From positions 131,679-195,678 of the forward strand of contig CAXHJY010000818.1 in the NCBI GenBank assembly GCA_964016885.1: a stretch of DNA of 64,000 nt, written 5' to 3'. A program made the translations under genes and the position numbers. Source of the DNA: Eledone cirrhosa. Lineage: Eukaryota. Within the stretch, counting starts at the first letter, position 1. Each line of letters opens with the position of its first letter. Below, in pieces: positions 43,682 through 59,216 of this stretch. The notes beneath the pieces are model-generated. The model saw nothing but the letters and a program-made list of their open reading frames with translations, made no database searches and was not told the DNA's origin.

Positions 43682-44114
43682 TTAACCCTTTCAGCATTTA
43701 AACCAACCATATACGGCCACAATTCTCTCACCTCTTTCTGTTCAAACTGTCCGTAACCGACCACTCATACTTATGTTAAACTATTGTTCTCAGAATAAAT
43801 AATATCAACATCTCATAGATTTGATATTATGTGAGGTAAAGCCTTTACTGTGAAAATACAATAGTATATCTCGAGTAATGTAAATGTTATGTGAGATATT
43901 ATGTGAGGTAAAGCCTTTACTGTGAAAATACAATAGTATATATAGAGTAATGTAAATGTTATGTGAGATATTATGTGAGGTAAAGCCTTTATTGTGAAAA
44001 TACAATAGTATATATAGAGTAATGTAAATGTTATGTGAGATATTATGTGAGGTAAAGCCTTTACTGTGAAAATACAATAGTATATATAGAGTAATGTAAA
44101 TGCTAAAGGGTTAA
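43682..44114 (+). mobile_element. MITE M1 with about 4.5 internal 60-bp units
   Basis: TTAAccctttcagcattt...aaatgctaaagggTTAA. Confidence 0.8.
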
Positions 44115-44711
44115 CCCTTTCGTTTTTGTCCGTGTTGGGCTTCTGTTGGTTCTGATAAGGGGTGTAGCAGTTTTTTGGACCAACAACACAGCCTGCTTGT
44201 GTGACATTAAAATGATGGTTGTAGTCTAGTTGGTATATCTCAGCTGTATGTGCTAGGTCTAGTGTGTGTGTGTGTGTGTGTGCTAGGTCTACTGTGTGTG
44301 TGTGTGTGTGCTAGGTCTACTGTGTGTGTGCTAGGTCTACTGTGTGTATGTGCTAGGTCTACTGTGTGTGTGCTAGGTCTACTGTGTGTGTGTGCTAGGT
44401 CTACTGTGTGTGTATGTGCTAGGTCTACTGTGTGTGTATGTACTAGGTGTACTGTGTGTGTGTGAGTGTGCTAGATCTACTGTGTGTGTGTGTGTGTGCG
44501 TGTACTAGGTCTACTGTGTGTATGTGCTAGGTCTACTGTGTGTGTGTGCTAGGTCTACTGTGTGTGTATGTGCTAGGTCTACTGTGTGTGTGAGTGTGCT
44601 AGATCTACTGTGTGTGTGTGTGTGTGTGTGCTAGGTCTACTGTGTGTATGTGCTAGATCTACTATGTGTGTGTGTGTGTGTGCTAGCTCTACTGTGTGTA
44701 TGTGCTTGGTC

Positions 44712-44742
<31 letters not shown>

Positions 44743-45104
44743 CTAGCTCTACTGTGTGTGTGTGTGTCATTGTGTTTATCCTCAGCCAAAATGGAGAATA
44801 ACAAGAAAAAGAAAAACTAGAAAAGCTGAAATAAAATGGAAGAAAGATAACAAAGTCAAATAACTGATAAGATTAAACCTACAAGACAACTGATGTAGGT
44901 GTGTATATATAGGTGTGTATATATATAGGTGTGTATGTATATAGGTGTGTATGTATATGTGTGTATGCATAGGTGTGTATGCATAGGTGTGTATGCATAG
45001 GTGTGTATATATAGGTGTATATATATATAGGTGTGTATATATATATATAGTCCCACATATATACTTATATACACCTACAAGACAACTGATGTGTGTGTAT
45101 GGGG

Positions 45105-45171
<67 letters not shown>

Positions 45172-45227
45172 GCCCTACATGTGTATGTAGAAGTAAATAA
45201 GTATATGTGTGTATATGTATATATATA

Positions 45228-45283
<56 letters not shown>

Positions 45284-45478
45284 CGTATATATATACTCAG
45301 ACCCACATATATTATACATGCATATATACACACTGCCCCATCACAGGTGTATATAGAAGTAAATATCTAACACACATACCTTCTCTTTCTGAGACAATCA
45401 TTGTAAATCATTAGACTTGTTTATGTCAGTAAAAGTACTGAATACCACCTCTAACACACACACACACACACATGTGAA

Positions 45479-45601
<123 letters not shown>

Positions 45602-45877
45602 ATATTTATTAAAATAACAGATTTATACATATATATATATATATATACACACACTGGTGTATGAATCAGTAAATATATATCTGTATATATATATATACTC
45701 AGAACCACATATATTATACATACATGCATATATATACACACAGTTCCATCACAGGTGTGTATAGAAGTAAATGGATTTTAGTCTTCACATTTATTATTAT
45801 TATTACTATATATATATATATATATATAGATAGAGAGAGATGTGTATATATATATACACATATATACATACACACAT

Positions 45878-45919
<42 letters not shown>

Positions 45920-46156
45920 TGTGTATATATATATATACACACATTATATATATATATATATATTATATATATATAATGTATATATATATATATATATATA
46001 ATGTATATATATATATAATGTATATATATATATATAGTTAAATATACATGGGTGTGTATGATTGTGTATAGAAGATTATATTAATAAAAGGAATTCCAAC
46101 TTTGTCTGATTTACTCGTTTTATTTACAATCTATATATACACATCTATATACTCCT

Positions 46157-46226
<70 letters not shown>

Positions 46227-46465
46227 CAATAACTGTCTAGCCAATAGTAATGTGTACTTAACATAAATTTCTTACTAGTTCCACAGTTCCACTCTTACTA
46301 ATCCCTCACCGTATTCTAAGACACAACCAACAGACTTTTTCAAATCAGATTGGAAAATATCAAGAATTTGAAAAAATTTAGTAAAATATCTAATGTTCTC
46401 CTTCTTTATCTGTTGTTCTGTACATAAATACAGTTCTGCAGTTAAACAGAAACCAGATAAAGGGG

Positions 46466-47340
46466 ACAGCTGTAGCCTGATGAAGGATGTCAACGCTCTG
46501 CCAACAGCTGTGGCCTGATGAAGTATGTCAACTCTCTGCCAACAGCTGTGGCCTGATGAAGGATGTCAACGCTCTGCCAACAACTGTGGCCTGATGAAGG
46601 ATGTCAACTCTCTGCCAACAGCTGTAGCCTGATGAAGGATGTCAACTCTCTGCCAACAGCTGTGGCCTGATGAAGTATGTCAACTCTCTGCCAACAGCTG
46701 TAGCCTGATGAAGGATGTCAACTCTCTGCCAACAGCTGTGGCCTGATGAAGTATGTCAACTCTCTGCCAACAGCTGTAGCCTGATGAAGTATGTCAACTC
46801 TCTGCCAACAGCTGTAGCCTGATGAAGGATGTCAACGCTCTGCCAACAGCTGTGGCCTGATGAAGGATGTCAACTCTCTGCCAACAGCTGTAGCCTGATG
46901 AAGGATGTCAACTCTCTGCCAACAGCTGTGGCCTGATGAAGGATGTCAACTCTCTGCCAACAGCTGTGGCCTGATGAAGGATGTCAACTCTCTGCCAACA
47001 GCTGTGGCCTGATGAAGTATGTCAACTCTCTGCCAACAGCTGTGGCCTGATGAAGTATGTCAACTCTCTGCCAACAGCTGTGGCCTGATGAAGTATGTCA
47101 ACTCTCTGCCACACAGCTGTGGCCTGATGAAGTATGTCAACTATCTGCCAACAGCTGTGGCCTGATGAAGGATGTCAACTCTCTGCCAACAGCTGTGGCC
47201 TGATGAAGGATGTCAACTCTCTGCCAACAGCTGTGGCCTGATGAAGGATGTCAACTCTCTGCCAACAGCTGTGGCCTGATGAAGGATGTCAACGCTCTGC
47301 CAACAGCTGTGGCCTGATGAAGAATGTCAACGCTCTGCCA
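46466..47340. repeat. 38-bp minisatellite (about 23 copies)
   Basis: Unit cagctgtggcctgatgaaggatgtcaactctctgccaa. Confidence 0.95.
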
Positions 47341-47735
47341 GCATAAAGGGATTGTTTTTTTGTTAATTTAGTTTGTTTGTTTGAGAGAACTGGTAGAGCT
47401 GGTAGAACATCAGAAGAAATATATTGTGATGTTTGTTCTAGCTTTTTACGTTCCTGTTTTTCAAACCTGACCCAAGATGTGTATGTGTGTGTGTGGGTGT
47501 GTATGTGTGTGTGTGTGTGTGTGGGGGGGGGCTGTATGTTGTTCTGGTTTTATTATTTTATTTATTTTATAAATTTTCACCATTAGAGTGAGAGAGAGTT
47601 ATAGATAGATAGATAGAGTGAGACAGAGAGAGAGAGAGAGAGTGAGAGAGAGAGAGACAGAGAGAGAGAGAGCTGGTTTCTAACACAGAAGCAAGACTCT
47701 TTTATATTGGAATATTGACAACATCAACTAGGTAA

Positions 47736-47786
<51 letters not shown>

Positions 47787-47874
47787 GATAAGGAGGTTAT
47801 TGTATGTGCAGATCTGTATGTTTATAAATTTTCACCATTAGAGCGAGAGAGAGTTATAGATAGATAGATAGAGT

Positions 47875-47928
<54 letters not shown>

Positions 47929-47991
47929 ATTTCTGACTTATTTAAGAATTATATCATACATTTTTAAAAATGTGTGTGTATGTTTATACAA

Positions 47992-48022
<31 letters not shown>

Positions 48023-48023
48023 T

Positions 48024-48062
<39 letters not shown>

Positions 48063-48685
48063 TATATATATATATACAAAATTATTGCTCAACAATTCTA
48101 TATGCATGTATTTAAAGGTTTACATAATTATCACTCAAGAACTAAATATAACTATATATGTGAATGTGTGTCTGTGTGTATGTGTGTGTCTGTGTATATG
48201 TGTCTATGTCTATGTGTGTATGTGTGTCTATGTCTATGTGTATATGTGTGTCTGTGTGTGTATGTGTATCTATGTATATATGTGTGTCTATGTCTATGTG
48301 TCTATATGTATATATGTATATATGTGTGTATGTGTATCTATGTATCTATGTGTATATGTGTGTCTATGTGTATATGTGTGTCTATATAAGCATCTGCACA
48401 TTAACCCACGTAAAATCTAAGAAAAAATATAATAATAATAAAACTAATAAACATCCAAAACCTCAACTCACGGTAAAATATATACATATATATACATATA
48501 TATAAACGTACATATATAAGCATACATATATATATATACATATATACATATATAAGCATACATATATATATATACATACATACATATATAAGCATACATA
48601 TATATACATACATACATACATATATAAGCATACATATACATACATATATAAGCATACATATATATACATACATATATAAGCATAC

Positions 48686-48716
<31 letters not shown>

Positions 48717-49031
48717 CACACACATATATATACATATATATATATATACACACATATATATACATAAACATACATATATAAACATACATATATATATATA
48801 TACACACACATATATACATAAACATACATATATAAATAAACATACATATATATATATATATATACACATACATATATATATATACACATACATATATACA
48901 CATACATATATATATATACACATACATATATACACATACATATATATATATATACACATACATATATACACATACATATATATATATATACACATACATA
49001 TATATATATACACATACATATATATATATAT

Positions 49032-49062
<31 letters not shown>

Positions 49063-50026
49063 GTTACTTCTACAATGATACAATTTAAAGAACGTAACCC
49101 AAAATTATCTTTAATGGGCAGATGAAGGAATTTTTGCTTCATTTTTCTTCCAGGTTTTCTTTGGTTTGTTTGTGTACGCCATTATTTCTCTGCAGATAAC
49201 TGATGTATATACTTATATATACCACTACAACACTGTCATTTAACATTTTCAAATCGGCAATTTAGGTTTGGTGTAGCTATAGTTACTGATTCACAAACAA
49301 TATTATATAGAAACAAATATTATATAGATAGTTAGTTGTATATATGTATGTATTGTATATATATATATATGTGTGTGTATATATGTATGTATGTATGTAT
49401 ATTGGGAGAGAGAGAGATAGTTATATGTGTATATATGTATGTATATTGGGAGAGAGAGAGAGAGATAGTTGTATGTATGTATGTATATTGAGAGAGAGAG
49501 ATAGTTGTATGTATGTATATATATGTGTGTATATTGGGAGAGAGAGAGATAGTTGTATGTATGTATATATATATGTGTGTATGTATATTGGGGGAGAGAG
49601 ATAGTTTTATGTATGTATATATGTATGTGTGTATATTGGGAGAGAGAGAGAGATAGTTGTATGTATGTGTATGTATGTATGTATGTATGTATGTATGTGT
49701 GTATATTGGGAGAGAGAGAGATAGTTGTATGTATGTATGTATGTATGTATATATATGTGTGTATGTATGTGTGTATATTGGGAGAGAGAGAGAGATAGTT
49801 GTATGTATGTATATATATATATGTGTGTATGTATGTATATTGGGGGAGAGAGAGATAGTTGTATGTATGTATGTATATATGTGTGTATGTATATGTGTGT
49901 GTATGTATGTATATAGGGAGAGAGAGAGATGTATGTGTGTATGTATGTAGAGAGAGGGAGGGAGGGAGAGAGAGATTTGCATGTACGTATTGTATATGTG
50001 TATATTGTGTGTGTGTGTGTGTGTGT

Positions 50027-50098
<72 letters not shown>

Positions 50099-50379
50099 AA
50101 ACCAATAACTGAAATGTCAGTTGAAAACTGATAGAGGTTAATATTATGAAATGATAAAACAACAATAACTACCACTACCACTACTACTACTATTACTACT
50201 ACCACCATTACTACTACTACTACTACTACCACCACCACCACTATTACTACCACCACCACCACTGCCATTACATGTGAGGTGTGAGATTTCTGTTTATGAA
50301 GGATAAAAACAAATGTCACCACCTGTACTTGCAATGTCAATTGGGAAGTAAAGTCTGTCACACTCACACATGCACTTGG

Positions 50380-50642
50380 AGCCATGGTGCCATGGTGCCA
50401 CGGTGCCACAGTGCCAGGGTTCCATGGTGCCACGGTGCCACAGTGCCAGGGCTCCATGGTGCTACGGTGCCATGGTGCCACAGTGCCAGGGTTCCACAGT
50501 GCCACAGTTCCACAGTGCCACAGTGCCACAGTGCCAGGGTTCCACAGTGCCACAGTGCCAGGGTTCCACAGTGCCACAGTGACACAGTGCCACAGTGCCA
50601 GGGTTCCATGGTGCCACGTTGCCATGGTGCCACAGTGCCATG
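50380..50642. repeat. 8-bp-based gtgccaca/gtgccagggttcca repeat
   Basis: Direct reading. Confidence 0.85.
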
Positions 50643-51822
50643 GGACTGAACCAATCCTATTAACCACACAGCCAACCCTACTACACCATATAATTAATGG
50701 CTTTTTATTTGAGAAGGACTGCAATTTGGCCAGAGGGGAACATTGATTAAATCAACACCACTCCAAAGAACCACCAACACCACCACCACCACCACCACCA
50801 CTCCAAAGAACCACCAACACTACCACCACTCCAAAGAACCACCACCAACACCACTCCAAAGAACCACCAACACCACCACCACCACTCCAAAGAACCACCA
50901 ACACCACCACCACCACTCCAAAGAACCACCAACACCAACACCACTCCAAAGAACCATCACCACCACTCCAAAGAACCACCAACACCACCACCACCACCAC
51001 TCCAAAGAACCACCACCACCACCACTCTAAAGACAGACACACACACACACACACAGATATATACACACACACAGACAGACAGACAGACATAGATATACAC
51101 ACACACAGAGGCAGACAGTCACATACACAGAGATAGACACACACGCACACAAACCCCCTTCGTATGAAACCCTTAGCAAGTGTTTATTAAAAAGACAAGG
51201 CTTTAGTGTGGTGGGGTGAGGGGGTTAATGAGGGTGGTGGTGTAAGGTGGTGGGGTGGATGTAAGGTGTGTGTGTGTGTGGGGGGGTTCTTTTGAACATA
51301 TTTCCATTTACCAACATCTGAGACTTGTCACTTTTTTCTCTCTTGTAGAAATTCTTTTTCTTCATCAGTTTCATCATTCCAGCTTCTTTCTTTCTGTTTG
51401 TTTGTTTCTCTTTTTCTTTCTTCCTCATCTTTACCACAAAACACAACACCACCACATCACACACCACCACACTACACTACACCAACATACCACACACCAC
51501 CTCCTCACTATCCTTCACTACATTACACCACACCACACTACACCACACCACACCACACCACACCACACCACACCACACCACACTACACCACACCACCTCA
51601 CTATACTTCACTACACCACACCACACACCACCACATCACACTACTCTACACCACACACCACCACATCGCACTACACTACACCACACCACACACTACACTA
51701 CACTACACTACACACCACCACATCACATTGTTTCTATTATTTCCAACAAACATCTTTTTTCCACCACTGCCACCACCTCCACACAATTTATTCTATCTAC
51801 AAGACTTTCTTGTAACTTAGTT

Positions 51823-53366
51823 GATGGTGGGATGGGGGGATGGTGGGATGGTGGTGGGATGGTGGGATGGGGAGATGGTGGGATGGGGAGATGGTGGGAT
51901 GGTGGTGGGATGGTGGGATGGGGAGATGGTGGGATGGTGGGATGGGGAGATGGTGGGATGGTGGGATGGTGAGATGGTGGGATGGTGGGATGGGGAGGTG
52001 GTGGGATGGGGAGATGGTGGGATGGGGAGATGGTGGGATGGTGGGATGGTGGGATGGGGAGATGGTGGGATGGTGGGATGGTGGGATGGTGGGATGGTGA
52101 GATGGTGGGATGGTGGTGGGATGGGGAGATGGTGGGATGGTGGTGGGATGGGGAGATGGTGGGATGGTGGGATGGTGAGATGGTGGGATGGTGGGATGGT
52201 GAGATGGTGGGATGGTGGTGGGATGGGGAGATGGTGGGATGGTGGGATGGTGAGATGGTGGGATGGTGGTGGGATGGGGAGATGGTGGGATGGTGGGATG
52301 GTGAGATGGTGGGATGGTGGGATGGTGAGATGGTGGGATGGTGGTGGGATGGGGAGATGGTGGGATGGTGGGATGGTGGTGGGATGGGGAGATGGTGGGA
52401 TGGTGGGATGGTGAGATGGTGGGATGGTGGTGGGATGGGGGGATGGTGAGATGGTGGGATGGTGGGATGGTGAGATGGTGGGATGGTGGTGGGATGGGGA
52501 GATGGTGGGATGGTGAGATGGTGGGATGGTGGGATGGTGAGATGGTGGGATGGTGGTGGGATGGGGAGATGGTGGGATGGTGAGATGGTGGGATGGTGGG
52601 ATGGTGAGATGGTGGGATGGTGGTGGGATGGGGAGATGGTGGGATGGGGAGATGGTGGGATGGTGGGATGGTGAGATGGTGGGATGGTGGTGGGATGGGG
52701 GGATGGTGAGATGGTGGGATGGTGGGATGGTGGGATGGTGAGATGGTGGGATGGTGGTGGGATGGGGAGATGGTGGGATGGTGAGATGGTGGGATGGTGG
52801 GATGGTGAGATGGTGGGATGGTGGTGGGATGGGGAGATGGTGGGATGGTGAGATGGTGGGATGGTGAGATGGTGGGATGGTGGTGGGATGGGGAGATGGT
52901 GGGATGGTGAGATGGTGGGATGGTGGGATGGTGAGATGGTGGGATGGTGGTGGGATGGGGAGATGGTGGGATGGGGAGATGGTGGGATGGTGAGATGGTG
53001 GGATGGTGGTGGGATGGGGAGATGGTGGGATGGTGAGATGGTGGGATGGTGGGATGGTGAGATGGTGGGATGGTGGTGGGATGGGGAGATGGTGGTGGGA
53101 TGGGGAGATGGTGGGATGGTGAGATGGTGGGATGGTGGTGGGATGGGGAGATGGTGGTGGGATGGGGAGATGGTGGGATGGTGGGATGGTGGGATGGTGG
53201 GATGGTGGTGGGATGGGGAGATGGGGGGATGGTGGGATGGTGGTGGGATGGGGAGATGGGGGGATGGTGGGATGGTGGTGGGATGGGGAGATGGGGGGAT
53301 GGTGGGATGGTGGTGGGATGGGGAGATGGGGGGATGGTGGGATGGTGGGATGGTGGGATGGGGAGA
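51823..53366. repeat. G-rich 8/11-bp composite minisatellite
   Basis: gatggtgg / gatgggga / gatggtga / gatggtggtgg units over about 1.5 kb. Confidence 0.92.
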
Positions 53367-53449
53367 ACTGTAACAACCTAAACTGAAATAGCTTCGACAA
53401 CACCTATCACGATCTCTCTCTGACCACAGCAGTCAAATCTCTAGGTTCG

Positions 53450-53524
<75 letters not shown>

Positions 53525-53994
53525 ATATATACAAATAAATTATCGAGAATCGGAACCTCGGCCCACGAAATAACGAAACACAATCTTCGAAATGTGTGGC
53601 AAAGTGCTCAATAGTTTGAATAAACCAGAGCTATAACTAACGTTTAAATACCAACACACTGAGACGATGCTTAAACAATCATTTGCACAGCCGAAAACAT
53701 GACCAAGAAAATTCGGGTCAGACAAATAAAAATATATTATGAATGAAAAATTTACCCGGACCCCTGGAAAGATGGTAAATTCCAGCATTTGGGTTTCTGC
53801 GGCTCCTAAATCAGTTACCGTCAGCTTACATAAAAAATATCCGGCTTCTGGTAAGATGATGAACAAGGAAACCACTTATATATATATATTAACTATGGAG
53901 ATATAAAAGAAACACCAACCCAAACCAAACAGTGAGTGTGCTCTGTTATTATTTCAGGCAATATTATAACAATATGACCCTCCCCAAGTATAAC

Positions 53995-54049
<55 letters not shown>

Positions 54050-54078
54050 ATAATAGATATAAAGACTAAAATCTGATG

Positions 54079-54110
<32 letters not shown>

Positions 54111-54252
54111 AAAAGTTTGGTAGAAATACCCAAGGGTAAGAGTTTAGTATAAATAATTACAACATATATATATATGTGAACTGGAGTGGACTACCACCTC
54201 CATGCACCTACCTCTAGTAGCATATCAAAAACAAAAACACCACAACTTTGCA

Positions 54253-54323
54253 CCTTTCTGAAGAAAACCCGTCAAAGGGTTATTATACAATCACTTTGAT
54301 GTCTTTGAAATACGTATAACAGG
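54253..54323 (+). ncRNA. Type I hammerhead motif (slightly decayed)
   Basis: CCTTT-CTGAAGA-[..gtcaaag ggtt..aatc a ctttgat..]-GAAA-TACGTA-TA/ACAGG. One mismatch in stem I. Confidence 0.65.
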
Positions 54324-54478
54324 ATTATATAATAAACAGAGGATGTACATTTAAAACAGTCTCTCTTTTTTATAATATTGACACTCTGGTTGATATCTTA
54401 TTGATAATACTTTAAGGAACACAAGTCGTAGAGTGCTTTCTGTTTGTTTACATCTACAGTTGGGAGATTATTTGATCA

Positions 54479-54523
<45 letters not shown>

Positions 54524-55133
54524 AAGGGCTCGGTAGTAAGATATATAATGTAGTTATGTGTGGAGCATATTCCTCCTCAGTTCCAGTACCAATATTCCCT
54601 TTCTCTACAGAAACCCCTCACAACACCCACCACCACCTCCCTTCCACCACCACACCACCACCTCCCTTCCACCACCACCATACCACCCCTCACACCACCA
54701 CCACATCATAACACCTTTTATTTTCTTCTACCATGCCCTCCTCTCACACACTACTATCGCCATTATCAACAATATTCTTTACACAATTTCTTGCCCAACA
54801 AACAGACACACACACAAACACATACACAGACACACACACAAACACATACATACACACATACACAGACACACACACAAACACACATTAAACACACTGTATC
54901 TCATTATTTATTTCCAGTTGCCTTCTTCCTTGTTCCCACCCCACCACCACCACCACCGCCACTACAGAATACTGACCCCTCCCCCCTCCCAGATCAGTGA
55001 TCCTAATGATGGAATTTTACTGTTCCCAACATAAAGCATGTTAAACTGACAATATATATATATATATATATAATATATATATATAATATATATATATATA
55101 TATAATATATATATAATATATATATATATATAA

Positions 55134-55185
<52 letters not shown>

Positions 55186-55376
55186 TATAATATATATATA
55201 TATATAATATATATATATATATAATATATATATATATAATATATATATATATATATAATATATATATATATATATAATATATATATATATATAATATATA
55301 TATATATATAATATATATATATATATAATATATATATATATATAATATATATATAATATATATATAATATATATAT

Positions 55377-55435
<59 letters not shown>

Positions 55436-55436
<1 letters not shown>

Positions 55437-55493
55437 CCATGCCCATTCCGAGCTGAGGATCCGCTAAGGTGAAACAATTGTTCTCGGTGTGGT
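55436..55493 (+). ncRNA. Type I hammerhead ribozyme motif
   Basis: CCGAG-CTGAGGA-tcc gctaa ggt-GAAA-CAATTG-TT/CTCGG. Stem I extends through ACCATG/TGTGGT across a bulge. Confidence 0.75.
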
Positions 55494-55521
55494 GAACTAA
55501 CTGTTGTCTAACCACTTCTAC

Positions 55522-55574
<53 letters not shown>

Positions 55575-56442
55575 TATCAACATCATCATCTTCTTCATTG
55601 TTTAACGTCTATCTTCCGTGCTAGCATGGGTTAGCTGGGAATTGTCCCCTTGAGGCAAGATTGGTCAGGTGACCGTGTCTCGCTCGTATAGGACTATATA
55701 TATATACATTATATATACACACATACATACATACATACACATGTTGTCATATCTATATATTTCATTCAGTCCCTCTCTCTCTGTGGGGGTTGGTGTTAGG
55801 AAGGGCATCCAGCTTTGGAAACTTAGCCAAAAACAGTCCTGTATGAGCAAGACACGGTCACCTGATCTGACTTACCTCTAATGGGACAATTACCGTCTAA
55901 CCCATGCTAGCGTGGAAAATGGACGTTAAACATTGATGATGATGATGATGATGATGATAGTGAAATAAAACACACTCAGTACAGTGTAAAGTGGGGGGGG
56001 GGTGATAGGGAGGGCATCCTGCCATAGAATACTTGCCAAGTAAAGGGAGGGGAATCCTGAGGTGTGTCAAAGACATGACAACCTGTTTAGTGTTGGTGCA
56101 ACAACAACAACAACAACAACAACAACGTATGGTGCAGGAATGGATGTAAACATGATGTGATAGCCCCCTACCTCACCTCCATTCCATCCCTCTACCCCCC
56201 CCCCCCCCGTCTGAGAGATCAATTGATTTGATTAAGTATTGATTTGGTCAGGAGGGAAAAACAATGTTAAATTACAGTGCTAATATATACATATACATAT
56301 ATATATATATATATATACATATGTATATATACACACGTAAACATATTCATACACACACATATTCATACATACACACACACACACATATATACACACACAA
56401 AGATACATATATTCATACACATATACACACATACATACTCAA

Positions 56443-56473
<31 letters not shown>

Positions 56474-57684
56474 CACAGAGATACATATATATATTCATAA
56501 ACATATACATACATACTCAAACATACACATTATATATACATACTCAAACACACACACATTATATATACATATATATATATATATATATTCATAAACATAC
56601 ATACTCAAACACACACACATTATATATACATACATATACATATATATATTCATAAACATACATATATTCATAAACATATACATACATACTCAAACACACA
56701 CACATTATATATACATACATATACATACATACTCAAACACACACACATTATACATACATACTCAAACACACACACATTATATATACATACTCAAACACTC
56801 ACACATTATATATACATACATATACATATATATATACATACATATATAGCATTCCTTGTTTAGATTACCTGTTTTCCTACCATTTTTGAAAAACATTTTC
56901 TCTGATTCTTGCATTTTTTTCTCCTTAATATTTATTTATTTGATATATCACTACTCTCTCTCTGCTTATACACATATATATATATATATATACATATACG
57001 CATACACATATATACATACACACACACACACAGACATATATATATACACACACATATACACACACACACATATATACACACACACATATATACACACACA
57101 CATATATATATACACACACACACACATATATATATATTTCCCTTAGTAGCTTGTTTCTCATTATCCTCTTCCTTCCTCTCTTTCTGTTGTTCCTCTCTTT
57201 CTCTCTCTCTTTCATCTCTTCAAAAAAAATTTATTTATTTATTTGTATTTATTATTATTATCATTTAGAGAGAAATTGCTTGTTTGAAGCTTTCTTTCTT
57301 CTAATGGTAAAGGTGAGGTTTGGTGAGAGGTGAAACTGTGTAGAAGTTGGAGGTGATGGAGGGATGGAGGGATGGCGTGGTGGGGGGTGGGGGGATATGG
57401 GGTCCAAGAAGAAAATATTGCTACATTTAACTGGAAGACTTGCAGCTGCACATGTAGTGAAAGAATTGCATTGTTGCAATTATTATTGATGATGATGATG
57501 ATGTTGTTGGTGATGTTGGTGATGGTGGTGATGGTGATGATGGTGATGGTGATGATGGTGATGTTGTTGGTGGTGATGTTGTTGGTGGTGATGTTGTTGG
57601 TGATGGTGATGTTGGTGATGGTAATGTTGTTGGTGATGGTGATAGTCACAGAAGTGAGTAAAAGAAATATATATATATATGTGA

Positions 57685-57786
<102 letters not shown>

Positions 57787-58672
57787 GAGTGGAATAGATA
57801 GATATATAGAGAGAGATATAAGGATAGAGATAGAGAGTTATATTTACATATATACACACACTGACAGCAAGTTGGTAACTCTCACCATCTCCACCACCAC
57901 ACTACCTACCCCAACATACACCACCACCACACTACCTCAACATACACCACCATCTCCACCACCACTACCTACCCCAACATACACCACCACCACCATCTTC
58001 ACCACCACACTACCTACCCCAACATACACCACCACCACACTACCCCAACATACACCACCACCACCACACTACCCCAACATACACCACCACCACACTACCT
58101 ACCCCAACATACACCACCACCATCTCCACCACCACACTACCTACCCCAACATACACCACCACCACCACCATCTCCACCACCACACTACCTCAACATACAC
58201 CACCACCTCCACCACTATTCTACACCTACACTACACCCATACAATCACCATCACCAATGCCACAACTTGATTCCTACCAAGAAAAAATATTTTTACACAT
58301 ATTCCCCCCTCCCCCCACACCTACACATGCCCCCACCCACCCACCCACCACCACACCTACACCTAATCATACCAGGGAGTCAGGTCATTATAGCAAATTA
58401 CAACAATTGCAACAACATTAACAGTAACAACAACAGTAACAACAACAACAACAGTAACAACAACAACAACAACAGTAACAACAACAACAACAGTAACAAC
58501 AGTAACAACAACAACAACAGTAACAACAACAACAACAGTAACAACAACAACAACAGTAACAACAGGTCTAAAACTAAAGGAACCATAACAGGTGCAACTT
58601 AATGTGAGAAATGGTAAAGATGGAGGTGACATGGAACATTCCAGTCATTTACATATCACTAACTCTCTCACC

Positions 58673-58753
<81 letters not shown>

Positions 58754-59216
58754 CTTCCTCCCCCTCTCCTGTCATCTTGATGAAGATTCGTTAGTTTAAC
58801 AAGAGACACCATCTTTATTAACATCAACGGAATGTGTGTGTGTGTGTACAGTATGTGTATGTGGGAATGTACTCTGTGAATGCATGTGTGTGTATATGAG
58901 CATATGTGTGTGTGTGTGTTTCAAGGAAATAGTTTGTCATTACAAAGTTCTGATTATCACATAAACCTCAACACCCACCACACCCCACCTTAACCACCAC
59001 AACCCTCACTACAACCCCCCCCCCCTCACCACCACCAATAAGTCCTAAACTCCACCCCAAACTTCAACAAAAGCTAATTAAGAAAGGAAACTACAATTTA
59101 CCTTAATGAACATTGCTACATGTCTCTGTTCACTTAACATTACTACATGTTTCCTTTCTCTTAACATTGTCACATGTCTCCTTTCTCGAACTAGACAAAC
59201 TGAGTATATATATGTA

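Noticed and set aside
46466-47340. CRISPR-like regular array
   Set aside because: Units are contiguous with no unique spacers, the context is eukaryotic and there are no cas genes.
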